A stretch of DNA of 64,000 nucleotides from Octopus vulgaris (Eukaryota), in contig OX597825.1 of NCBI GenBank assembly GCA_951406725.2, positions 14,012,001 through 14,076,000 of the forward strand. The letters are read 5' to 3'. How positions within the stretch are numbered: the stretch's first letter is position 1; every line of letters starts with the position of its first letter. Position numbers and translations under genes: made by a program. The notes under the pieces are model-generated. The model was given only the letters and a program-made list of their open reading frames with translations, was not told the origin of the DNA and made no database searches. Shown one piece after another: positions 12,363 to 24,162 of the stretch.

Positions 12363-12580
12363 GTTTAAAATATCCACCATGGGTCCTTTAACAGAGTTCA
12401 TTCTGTTGCTTGCTGCTGGTATCTGAGTCAGGTCTCTGGCCTGAGGATAATTTCCTTCCACACCCCCAAGAGTTTTAGGGGTCTTGGAGAAGGTCAAGAA
12501 TATTACCTTTCTTCCTCTGACTTAACTTTAATGAAAAAATAAATGAAGAACCTGTTATATATATATATATATATATATAT

Positions 12581-13217
12581 ATTAGCAGAAATAAGGTACT
12601 CAGAAATCTGGATGGTTTTATATTTACAGATTTTTATTAATATGTTACATGTTTTTATAAATCATATATTGAGCGCTTGCATCTACTATAGTAGACTCTC
12701 CAGTTTTGACCTTAAATCTGGAGATTCTTCTAAATACCTCAAATCTGAAGAGTCTACTAGAGTAGATGCAAGCACTAATATATGATTTATAAAAACATGT
12801 GACATATTAATAAAAATCTGTAAATATTATCATCATCATTGTTCGCCCATGGTCGAGACAGTCTTTTCAAATGGCTAATAATGTGTGCACGCACTGCTAC
12901 TACTCACATTGGAAAGCATTGTACAACCAAGCACTAAAGAAGATTTTCCTTCCTCCATGAAACAAAGCTGTTCCCGCTGGAACAGTATTTCTAAGCTATG
13001 GACCGAGTGATTTATTGTAAGGTTATCTCCCTAGACAGATTGCCTTCACTACGGCTAAGGAGCCCTTTCTACCCCACTGACACAGGTAGTACTGGTTTAT
13101 AGTTTACCAGTAGTAGGATCCGATGCTGCATAAATCGGACCTGACCTGACAATATAAATATTGTCCGGACTTGTAAATATAAAACCATCCAGATTTCTGA
13201 GTACCTTATTTCTTCTA

Positions 13218-13219
<2 letters not shown>
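12581..13219. mobile_element. Large palindromic element (arms ~125 bp) in (TA)n, Penelope inverted-pLTR-like, interrupted by an insertion
   Basis: 12581-12709 is the reverse complement of 12739-12827 plus 13181-13219. Confidence 0.8.
12828..13171 (-). mobile_element. 344-bp non-autonomous retroelement with (ATG)n tail and 9-bp TSD
   Basis: TSD tgtaaatat at 12819-12827 and 13172-13180; minus-strand 3' end …gggcgaacaatgatgatgata. Confidence 0.75.
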
Positions 13220-13261
<42 letters not shown>

Positions 13262-13456
13262 CACGGGTTCCAGGTGTCATGTTGTTGGCACCCATGCTGG
13301 TGGCACATAAAAGCACCCATTCCACTCTCAGGAGGGACATCCAACTGTAGGAACCAGGCCAAATCAGACCGGAATCGGTCGTGGCCTCTCAGCTTACCAG
13401 AACCTGGTCAAGCCGTCCAACCCATGCCAGCATGGACAACAGACATTAAACATATG

Positions 13457-13490
<34 letters not shown>

Positions 13491-13666
13491 CGTAGCTACC
13501 CATGTTGATATGGTGTAACAGGCCTGCAAATGTTTTTGTCTCATATATCTTGCTGTGAGTGTCTGTGTGTCTGTATGTGCACGCATGTGTGTGTGTATGT
13601 ATCCGTATGCGTGTATGCTTTAGCTAACTTAGATGGCTTGTCTTTTGTTCCTCTCTATAGTTTCAG

Positions 13667-13803
13667 ACACACCGTCGGTTCACACCACTGTCTCTTTATC
13701 CTATCATTCGTTGCTGTTACGTTCAGCACTCCTGCCAGTTTTACTGACCACACCTTGCTTACACTGAGTAATTCTGGCTGCTGACCACATGTATAATCCA
13801 GGG
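13667..13803 (+). other. Candidate exon; phase-1 reading TPSVHTTVSLSYHSLLLRSALLPVLLTTPCLH*
   Basis: Branch-point-like gctaac (13623), pyrimidine tract, tttcag acceptor, GGG|gtgagt donor; all three frames stop inside. Confidence 0.35.
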
Positions 13804-14024
13804 GTGAGTTTTACCTTTCATTTACCTGGTGTCACCAATTTTTTCTATGATTCTGTAATGTTCTGATAGCCATTATTCATTTCATTATGTAAATATGTTG
13901 CATGGCAAAGTATTTATTTATTTGTGTGCGTGTGTATCAGTGTGTGTGTGTGTGTGTGTTTGTGTTTGTATGTGTCAGTATATATGTATGTGTACATACA
14001 TATATATGTATGTATGTATATATA

Positions 14025-14056
<32 letters not shown>

Positions 14057-14319
14057 CACATACATATATATATATGTGTATATATGTATACATATATATA
14101 TGTGTATATATATATATGTATATATGTATGTATATATATATATATATATATTACAGAATGACTGAAAGGCCAAGAGTTCCATGTATTGACACCTGTCACA
14201 TTGACAGGTATTGTGAGGTATGAACTCTGACCCTTTGAGACACTCTGTAACATCTACTAATAAATCAAAAAATATATATACACGTTTTTACTTCACAGAA
14301 CCTATATATATGTATATAT

Positions 14320-14668
14320 AGTTGAAATTTGTAGAAAAACAAAAGACAAAGACAGGTGTATGAACAACAAGCAAGTTAATTAGTTTGTCACTCCGGAAAA
14401 ATGAAACAGTCTTTTATGTTTTGAGCCTATGCTCTTCTACAGAAAGAAATAAGAGAAAATAGAGAGAGGGAGAGAGAGAATGAGAAAACTTGTGTATATA
14501 TATATATATATATATAGTTGGAATTTGCAAAAAAAAAACGAAAGACAAAGATGGGTGTGTAAACAACAAACAGATGTATTAATGATAATGCTTGGGAAGT
14601 GAGAAAGTCTTTTACATTTCGAGCCTATGGTCTTCGACAGAAAGGAAGATAAGAAAAATCAGAGTGAC
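14320..14668 (-). mobile_element. Two tandem copies of repeat family F
   Basis: 14320-14460 and 14515-14668 are reverse-complement homologues of 6925-7101. Confidence 0.75.
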
Positions 14669-14692
14669 TAAAAAAAAGCTTTAGTGGCTAGC

Positions 14693-14975
<283 letters not shown>

Positions 14976-16653
14976 CAGAGAGACAGACAAACATATATAA
15001 ACATAAAAATTTTACAAAACTTTCCGAAATTGTTATTATATTCCCTTTAAACCGTTGAGTTGTCTTCGTTGTAATCTGCAAAAAAGTTTATTAAATTCAT
15101 TCTTGTGTACAAACGCACTCGCATACAAACACACATGTATACTTACATACACATACACACACATGGCCTTTTCCTTTTCTTTTAATCTGTCTGTCAGGAG
15201 AAAGGTGACTGTGGCCATTGGCAGCAGGAAAAAAAATATATGTCAGTGGGAGATAACTCTAATGGGTTGATGTGCTGTAGGAATATGTGTTGAAGAATGA
15301 CAAGACATTTGTGGTATGGAATGAGACAATTTGCTGCAGTTCTTTGAGTGGTGCCAATTTGGCACTGGTTGAATATTCAGACTGATATGGCAGCAGTACT
15401 TTATAGTATTGGAGACAAATATGTACACACATACACACATATGCACACAGAAGCACAAACACACAAATTGCACACACACACATAGACACATACACACAAC
15501 ACACATCATATACATACACATGTGCATGCAAGGAGATATATACACATGCAGATAGTGAGAGAAAGAGAGAGAAAGAGAAAAAAAGAGAGAGATATAACAT
15601 ATTTATAAACATAACTAGATACTTACAGAGAGAGAGAGAGAGAGAGACTAACAAAGAGAGAGATGGAGGCAGAGAGGTGGAGAGAGAGAAGGAGGCAAAG
15701 AGAGAGAAGGAGGTAGAGAGGAGGAGTGAGAGAGTGACATTACACATTGAAACATAAGTAGATGCTCACACACATTAGCAAAGTGAGACAGAGGAAGAAA
15801 GAGAGACAGACAGACAGACAGAGTGGTGATGGAGAAAGAGACTTTACAGATACAAATATAACTAGATGCTGGCACACATTAGCAAAGTAAGACAGAGGTA
15901 AGGAGAGATAGAGAGAGGCAGAGAGAGAGAGAGAGAGAAGGAGTGTGGGAAAGAAAGCAAGAGAGTGAGAGTGAGAGAGCAAGAGAGGAAGGTGAGAGAG
16001 GAGAAAATAAAAACATTATAACATTCAACGTCAAGTAAGTCATCATTGAATCAGCGACACCAAATAGACAGCATCGAAACGGCTGTCATCCGCATGGTGG
16101 TAACTAGAGATTGAAACATAATTGAGTGATGAGAGGAGAGATGAGTGAATCAGTAATAAGTGAGTGAAAGTGGTATGAGACCATCCAGTCTCAGTGGGGG
16201 TGGGCAAAGGTGATTGTAGAGAAAGAAAATAAAATGGTACTCTTTTACTCTTTTATACACTCACACACACACACACACTCATACAGACATGCATGCATGC
16301 ACACACATATATGCATGCATATACACATATACACATGTATATACACATAAAATGGGCTTCTGGTCAGTTTCCATCTACCAGCTTCATTCACAAGGTATTG
16401 GTCAGCCAGGGGCTATAGTGGAAGGCAGTTGCCCCCAAGGTGCCACAGAGTGGGATTATACCCCAAATCACATGGTTGCAAAGTAAGCTTCTTAACCACA
16501 CAACCCTTATATCAGTTTTGACAAAATACCCCCGCTCTAAGGTTGGTACCAAATACTACATTCATCATAGACCGTTATGACAATGATCATAAAACCCTCA
16601 TATCTTTTTTTATCACTGCTTTAGACGTAGTGACAGACTAAAATGCAAATTAT

Positions 16654-17061
16654 AGGCGTAGGAGTGGCTGTGTGGTAAGTAGCTTGCTTACCAACCACAT
16701 GGTTCTGGGTTAAGTCCTACTGCGTGGTACGTACCTTGGGCAAGTGTCTTCTGCTATAGCCTCGGGCCGACCAAAACCTTGTGAGTGGATTTGGTAGACG
16801 GAAACTGAAAGAAGCCCGTCGTATATATATATGTATGTATATGTATGTGTGTATATGTTTGTGTGTCTGTGTTTGTACCCCCAACATCGCTTGACAACCA
16901 ATGCTGGTGTGTTTGCGTCCCCGTAACTTAGCGGTTCAGCAAAAGTGACCGATAGAATAAGTACTAGGCTTACAAAGAATAAGTCCTGGGGGCGATTTGC
17001 TCGACTAAAGGCGGTGCTCCAGCATGGCCAGAGTCAAATGACTGAAACGAGTAAAAGAGTA
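16654..17061 (+). mobile_element. SINE family A, full-length reference copy
   Basis: ggcgtaggagtggctgtgtgg (A box), gggttaagtcc (B box), ccttgggcaagtg, internal (TA/TG)n, tail ending (gagtaaaa)n. Confidence 0.92.
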
Positions 17062-17852
17062 AAAAAAAGTGAGAGTTATAAAGTCTGGTACATCCCCTGT
17101 TCTCCATTTCTTTTTGTTTTTTCCCTATTCTTTGTCTTTCTATGCATAAAATTTCTGTTTCCAGTTAATATGAATATTAAGAAAATGAACGTTTTTTTTA
17201 CATTACGTTTTTGTATTGTAATCATATCTTCAGGTGTAACTTAGAAACACACACAGACACACACACAGATGACAATATTCGATTTGCTCCTTCCTCAGGG
17301 GATCAAGTTATAGATCTGTTTTGTCTTAAAGCTATGATCTAATCACTGTTAGTCTACGCCTCTGTTCAACATGTTTATTTCAAATGGCCAAAATATTTCT
17401 GCCAAGAGATGCAAATCATCATTATCCTTGTCACATTATTGAAGAATTCAGACTTCTGCTTCACGTTTTTTTGCAATATCCCTAGCAATAACATCTGTTA
17501 ATTCTTCACAGGCCACCCATACGCTGTAATTAATCTAACAACATTAATCTTTTTTTTTCCTGTCAAAACACGAAGAACACATTATGTCTCACACCACCAA
17601 TAATGCATCAATTTTCTTATATAATTTCCATGAAATTCAATAAGAGAATTACAAGAAAGAAGTTGTATTCTAACTGTTAGAGTTGTCATTGTATATAACA
17701 AGTCTGCAACAGTACATACACACTTCAGCATCTGACCTGAGTGCTCGTGGAAGCTACAATGTTTTCTGATATAGAGAATGTATATATATTTACGATGTAT
17801 ACATGAATGTTTGTAATATTATATCATGATTAGTTCAAAACACAACTTAGCA

Positions 17853-18055
17853 ATACAGTTCTATATTTAAGGGATGAGGAATTATGTACATTGTTTACAT
17901 TATTTACATTATTTACATTTGATGGATATTTGTCCTCATCTTCTTTGTTGTTAACACAACGTTTCGACTGATATACCCTACAGCCTTCATCAGGTGTCCT
18001 GGGGAAATTTCGAACCTGGGTTCTCATTCCTAAGGTATTTTTCAATGTTGTTGTC

Positions 18056-18116
<61 letters not shown>

Positions 18117-18187
18117 TCACTGCCTGGTATTGAACTTGGAATCTTGGGATTAGTAGCCCACGCTCTTAACCACTACGGCATATGCCC
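17853..18187 (-). mobile_element. Family E: tRNA-headed SINE carrying a hammerhead motif, left arm
   Basis: Minus strand: GGGCATATGCCGTAGTGGTTAAGAGC…AGTTCAATACC (A/B boxes), (AAT)n, body, (AATGTAAAT)n tail. Confidence 0.8.
17953..17998 (-). ncRNA. Minimal type I hammerhead ribozyme motif
   Basis: GACAC CUGAUGA A GGCUG-UAGGGUAUAU-CAGUC GAAA CG UU GUGUU: stem I GACAC/GUGUU, canonical core, 5-bp stem II, palindromic loopless stem III. Confidence 0.65.
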
Positions 18188-18197
18188 ATGCACATAT

Positions 18198-18256
18198 AGC
18201 TACTAAGCCCAAGATTTTGAGTACGATTCCAGGCAGTGGCCTGAATCATCATCATC

Positions 18257-18307
<51 letters not shown>

Positions 18308-18464
18308 GTAATAATAATAACATCGAAAAATACTTTAGGAATGAGAACCCAGGTTCAAAATTTCCCCAAGACACCTGATGAAGCTGAAACCTTGTGTTGC
18401 TAACAAACAAGATGAGGACAAATATCTGTCAAATGTAAATAATGTAAATAATGTAGATAATGTA
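18198..18464 (+). mobile_element. Family E right arm (inverted copy, hammerhead stem II deleted)
   Basis: Mirror of the left arm; 18370-18398 reads GACAC CTGATGA AGCT GAAA CC TT GTGTT. Confidence 0.8.
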
Positions 18465-19144
18465 AGACTTAGCAAGTTTAGAAAATGTACATATATTTTG
18501 GTCTATGATAGTTTACCCTATAGAAACAAAAGTATAGAAGATGATAAAAATGAAAATTTAATGTCAGTTGTTGAGTGAAAATTGTACTTAAGAGTGGGGA
18601 CTGCAACTTGCCTTTCAACTGTTTAAATGTTAGATTTTATACAGAGTTTTCGACCTAATGTCAAGAATTTTTGGAATAGAGAAGATGCACATGTGAGTTA
18701 AATTAACGTATGCAGTAACTACAACAAGCAGAGAAGTATATGGAATTCATTTCCCTTCTCGTAGTGTCATATAGTAAACAGCAATTTTGAGATTGTGTTG
18801 CTATGCTGAAAGTAAGTCACTGAATGCTTAAGGCAAAAAGTGTCATTTTGGCACATTGCTTCCAGAGTAATTGAGCATAAAGATATTTCTTTGCTTCAAT
18901 TAAAACCTAATTTTCTTTTTCTGGTGGAATATCAAATGCCAAATTATTTTTTAAACAATAAATGGAACTCGTCTTTAACGTTCAATTAGTATACTAACAA
19001 AAATAAAGCATTAACTTTCAAATTACGTGTACATGTTTAAAATTTCACATATCTCTTGAATTGTCCTTATTATTATTACTATTTATTATTGTTGTACATA
19101 CATACATACATACATACATACATACATAATAATAATAATGATAA

Positions 19145-19433
19145 CGCCGTAGGCAGCGCCGCCCTGACTGGCCCCCGTGCCATTGGCATGTAAAAAGCAC
19201 CATCCGATCGTGGCCGTTTGCCAGCCTCGTCTGGCACCTGTGCCGGTGGCACGTAAAAAGCACCCACTACACTCACGGAGTGGTTGGCAATAAGAAGAGC
19301 ATCAAGCTGTAGAAACATTGCCAGATCAGACTGGAGCCTGGTGCAGCCTTCTGGCTTCCCAGACCCCAGTTGAACCGTCCAACCCATGCTAGCATGGAAA
19401 GCAGACGTTAAATGATGATGATGATGAATGATG

Positions 19434-19435
<2 letters not shown>
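19145..19435 (+). mobile_element. Family D element
   Basis: Two tandem units, tail and (GAT)n. Confidence 0.88.
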
Positions 19436-19488
<53 letters not shown>

Positions 19489-19677
19489 GTGGGTGTAAAC
19501 ACATGAACAAAATAAGAATAAATAAAAAAAACAAAACAAAAACAAAAACAAATTACACGAACATATACAAACAGGAGATACAAATATTACACACACACAC
19601 ACACACACTAACTAAACATAGACACACATAGAGATATACGCATGCGCAAATGAAGACACATAGAATAGAAATACATA

Positions 19678-19893
19678 ATGGCTGACGGTTAGTGAGGAGA
19701 GACACAAAAATAAGAAAGAAGAAAGCAAAGGACCACTGATGCAGTCACAGGAGTGTGACAAAAGAACTCTGGCCAAAATAAGATTAAGATTAATGTAATA
19801 AATAAATAACGCTGAAGCAAAGTAACACCAAATATATAGTGCGTGTGTTTTTATTAGCTAAACTGGCAAAATGACCATTCCTAAATACAACAA
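19678..19893 (+). mobile_element. Repeat family G (pLTR-like) with hammerhead-like motif at 19730-19774
   Basis: Reverse-complement homologue of 23946-24162. Confidence 0.7.
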
Positions 19894-20026
19894 GGTCCTT
19901 ATTCAGTTCTCAATTTCACTAGCTTTTACTAATTACTAACCCTGACTAATAAAACCACAACTATGGGATCTAGAAATGTTTCAAAATGAAGCAAGCATCT
20001 CCAGAAAGACAAATATAAATTTTTTA

Positions 20027-20313
20027 CTGGCATCTGTGCTGGTGGCATGTGTAAATAGATTCGAGCAAGGTCGTTGCCAGTACCGCCTGACTGGCCCATG
20101 TGCCGGTGGCACGTAAAAAGCACCCACTACACTCTCGGAGTGGTTGGCATTAGGAAGGGCATCCAGCTGTAGAAACTCTGCCAAATCAAGATCGGATCCC
20201 TGGTGCAGCCATCTGGTTTGCCGGCCCTCAGTCAAAATCGTCCAACCCATGCTAGCATGGAAAGCATGGACGTTAAACGATGATGATAACGATGATGATA
20301 ATGATGATGATGA
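20027..20313 (+). mobile_element. Family D element
   Basis: Tandem units, ggaagggcatccagctgtagaaa, (GAT)n. Confidence 0.88.
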
Positions 20314-21151
20314 TGTTTGTCTCAGCTTCGTTCTGTTGATCTAACGGTAACCCACATAACACGAGGCTAATTTTTAGAATTTCTGTTCATAAATACAATT
20401 TTCCTTTCTTCCATTGACCTAGTTGTCTATGCTTCAGTGACTTGTATAGCTCGAAAAATTTTATCAAAGAAATGATAGATTCTTTATAATTTAGTTTCCA
20501 TATCAAGAACTAATACGATGCCTGTCTCAAGAGGGTATCTGGAACTTTAGTAGTGTGTGTCATTGGTTGTCTGTAGCATCTGATTAAAAGCTGTTTTCTA
20601 ACTTTCTAGATAGTCTTGTAACATGTGGTTTGTAAGATTTGTATCGAATGTACCAAAGGAAACTCTAGTACTCGAAGATGACTGACAGAGCAATAAATTC
20701 ACTTTCACCCCTGAATACACCATACAAAATTCTAAGTTTTATTGATTTTGCTTTTTGTTACATGAAAAAAAAACCCCAAAAAAAAACAAGGAATAAAATC
20801 GAATTTGCTTCATGTCATTGCTTTTTGTTTGCTGCTGATTGTTGTTGATATTGTTGTTATTGTTGTTGTGGTTGTTGTTGTTCAGAGTTCTTGCTTAGCA
20901 ATATTTTCACATTAAAATTATTTTTTTTTTTATATTATTTAATTTTCTGTTTTTTTTTGGTTTTTTTTCCTGTTCTCACTTTTGCAAAGATAAGAAAGAT
21001 AAGAAAATCAATAAAGGAATTTTTTTTTTTTTTCATAATTTTTTTTCCCCCAGAAATAAAAATAAATTGAATTGTCTATTAGTTGATTTCTCACACATGT
21101 GAATGACTGCATGTACATTTCTATGTGTATCATACTTATACCCTTATACTT

Positions 21152-21182
<31 letters not shown>

Positions 21183-21191
21183 ATATACATG

Positions 21192-21287
<96 letters not shown>

Positions 21288-21972
21288 ATATATGCATCAC
21301 ACACACACTTTTTTATTTAACTTATTTTTGCACACACTCTCTCACACACACATACACACACACACACACACCTTTTTTTATATATATTTCACTTGTTTTT
21401 TTGCAGTACAGAATATTTTTTCCATAGCTTTTGATGCAATATTTTTCAATTTATTTTCTTTTATCATTTAAAAGCTTATATCCAGTAAGTGCTTTTGATG
21501 AACAACAAGAAAAAAAAACTCAAAAAACTATAAAAAAAAAACTCCAGTACCTAGCTTAACTCATAAATACATCCAGATATATTCTCTTAAGAACTTTGAA
21601 TATAAATATTGTCTAAATGTTTCCCAGTAATATAACAATCTAGATCTACTAAACATCATAGCTGTCATATGAATTCTTTTTGAGAAAGTTTGAATAATTT
21701 ATGATTTCTCACTGATGGAAATTTACATATTTTAATGGTGATGCTAGCTACTAGCTCTATGGATTTCTACGGAATAAGAGGGCTTGCTGTGTCTTCTAAA
21801 ATAGCAGTTTATTTAAAATACAAACATTTTGTTCATTTATTGAATGATATTCACAATTGAGATGCAAGCTACCTATTGTGGTCTTTATAAAGAATTTGGA
21901 ATATTTCAAAGGTAAAAGACACAATAATGTGTTTGTATTGCACAGAATAGGTTGATAACAACCCACTTTTAA

Positions 21973-22192
21973 CCCTTTCATTACCAACCCGGCTGAAACC
22001 GGCTCTGGCGCTGAGTATAAATGTGTTGTTTTCAAAAGTTTTGAACTAAAAACTTCCACCAAACCTTAGTCACAATTTATGTTCTTAACACTAGCTGAAT
22101 GATAACTAAGTTATTTTATTAAATTCTTTGTTATATTTAAAGTAATTGAAAGAAGCACAGAGCATCTCAAAATAAATACAGTAACGTAAGGG
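21973..22192. mobile_element. piggyBac-type MITE
   Basis: TTAA on both sides (21969-21972, 22193-22196); ends CCCTTTCATTAC / GTAACGTAAGGG; second copy at 30109-30330. Confidence 0.8.
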
Positions 22193-22237
22193 TTAAATTA
22201 TATTGCGCTCCTGCTGTTTATGGGGCATTCATATATA

Positions 22238-22562
22238 TGAAGGAGGACTCCATCGGTTACAATGATGAGGGTCCCAGCTGATACGATCAACGGAACAGCT
22301 TGCTCATGAAATTAACGTACAAGTGGCTGAGCACTCCACAGACACGTGTACCCTTAATGTAGTTCTCAGAGAGATTCAGCGTGACATAGAGTGTGAGAAT
22401 ACTGGCCCTATGAAATACAGGTACAACTCATTTCTGCCAGCTGAGTGGACTGGAGCAAAATGAAATAAAGTGTCTTGCTCAAGGACACAATTAGTCGCTA
22501 GGAATTGAACTCATGACCTTATGATCACGAGCAGAATGCTCTAACCACTAAGCCACATGTCT
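22238..22562 (-). mobile_element. SINE with CORE-like body and family-C 3' tail
   Basis: Minus strand: tRNA head, gtgtccttgagcaagacac…ctccagtccactcagctgg, then the same tail as 37735-38120. Confidence 0.8.
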
Positions 22563-22626
22563 TCATGTTCATATAGACTGGGCTAGTGAAAGTTAAGTGT
22601 CCTATATATATATATATATATGTATG

Positions 22627-22664
<38 letters not shown>

Positions 22665-22777
22665 CGTATGTATATATATATGTGTATATATATATATATA
22701 TATATGCATATACACACACACATACTAATGCACACGCATGTGCACAAACAAACAAACAAGCAAACAAACAAAAAAGT

Positions 22778-22914
22778 CAAACGGCTATTGGAAAGGTTGC
22801 AAGATACAGCAAAAATTTTAGTAAAAATAAATAAATTAATGAGTGGAAATCAGACCAATGAGTGTGTTAAATTAATAAGGCACCAAAAGAAAATGACTTT
22901 CCCCCAGACACAAT
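22778..22914. repeat. Unclassified interspersed repeat (family K)
   Basis: Homologous to 34225-34380 (gaaaggttgcaaga…gagtgtgttaaatt…ccccagacacaa). Confidence 0.7.
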
Positions 22915-22933
22915 ACATACATACATACATACA

Positions 22934-23002
<69 letters not shown>

Positions 23003-23007
<5 letters not shown>

Positions 23008-23197
23008 TGGCACGTAAAAAGCACCCACTACACTCACGGAGTGGTTGGCGTTAGGAAGGGCATCCAGCCGTAGAAACACTGCCAGATTTGACTGGGCCTG
23101 ATGAAGCCTTCTGGCTTCACAGACCCCAGTAGAACCGTCCAACCCATGCTAGCATGGAAAACGGACGCTAAACGATGATGATGATGATGATGATGAT
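23003..23197 (+). mobile_element. Family D element (one unit plus tail)
   Basis: Direct similarity to the other D copies. Confidence 0.88.
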
Positions 23198-23591
23198 AAC
23201 GGGAAGCTTTATGAAAATAAACAAAAGACGAAGGCAGGTGGAAAACAAACGAACAATTGTATTAGTATGGCGCTCAGGAAATATAAATAAAACATAAATA
23301 TGAGGGTAATAAATTATAATAATTTATTACCAGTAATTAATATGCATAAATAAAATAAAAGCCGTAAGACATAACATTTTTAAAGATATAAAAGTGCATA
23401 GAATATTTCTATGCACAAAGAGGAGGCCTTTGACAGGATTCCTTATATGCAAATGCATTTTTGTTCATTCTAGTTATAATCAGTCTGCGTTATGAATACT
23501 TTTTATTATAGTTTAGGTTTTAACTGACCTTTTTAGCATGTAAAGAGTCCAGTGAAAGGTCTCCTTTTTCTGTATAGAAAAATTATATACA

Positions 23592-23692
<101 letters not shown>

Positions 23693-23715
23693 CAATACTG
23701 TTATCAAAGTCAAAA

Positions 23716-23910
23716 ACAAAGTCTTCACAAACTGTTACTCGGAGTTCCACGTTGCTGAGTGTTGGACACTTGTGGTCACAACTGTCCAACAATCAGCAAT
23801 AAACTCTGAGTAACAGATTGTGATGATTTTTGCAGCTTTAATAGTAAAGCATATTACTCTACCTTCAATATTTGAGTACTATCGTTTTCCACCTTGTTTT
23901 GCATTTATCC
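23716..23910. mobile_element. Palindromic pLTR-like repeat with a ~100-bp hairpin (23725-23823)
   Basis: tcacaaactgttactcggagtt…ttggacacttgtg pairs with cacaactgtccaac…aactctgagtaacagattgtga. Confidence 0.7.
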
Positions 23911-23945
23911 ACTTACTCATGTAAATATACATATTTATATATACA

Positions 23946-24162
23946 TATTGTTATATTTCGGAATGGTCATATTGCCAGTTTAGCCAATAAAAACACACGC
24001 ACTATATATTTGGTGTTATTTTGCTTCAGTGATATTTATTTTTTACATTAATCTTAATCTTATTTCGGCCAAAGTTCTTTCGTCACACTCCTGTGACCGC
24101 ATCAGTGGTCCTTTGTTTTCTTCTCACTTACTTGTGTCTCTCCTTATTAACCGTCAGCCATT
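23946..24162 (-). mobile_element. Repeat family G with hammerhead-like motif at 24067-24111
   Basis: Minus strand GGACCA CTGATGC G GTCACA-GGAG-TGTGAC GAAA GAAC TT TGGCC. Confidence 0.7.

Noticed and set aside
23305-23331. Perfect 12-bp-arm AT-rich palindrome
   Set aside because: Low-complexity sequence next to repeat fragments; no independent evidence of function.
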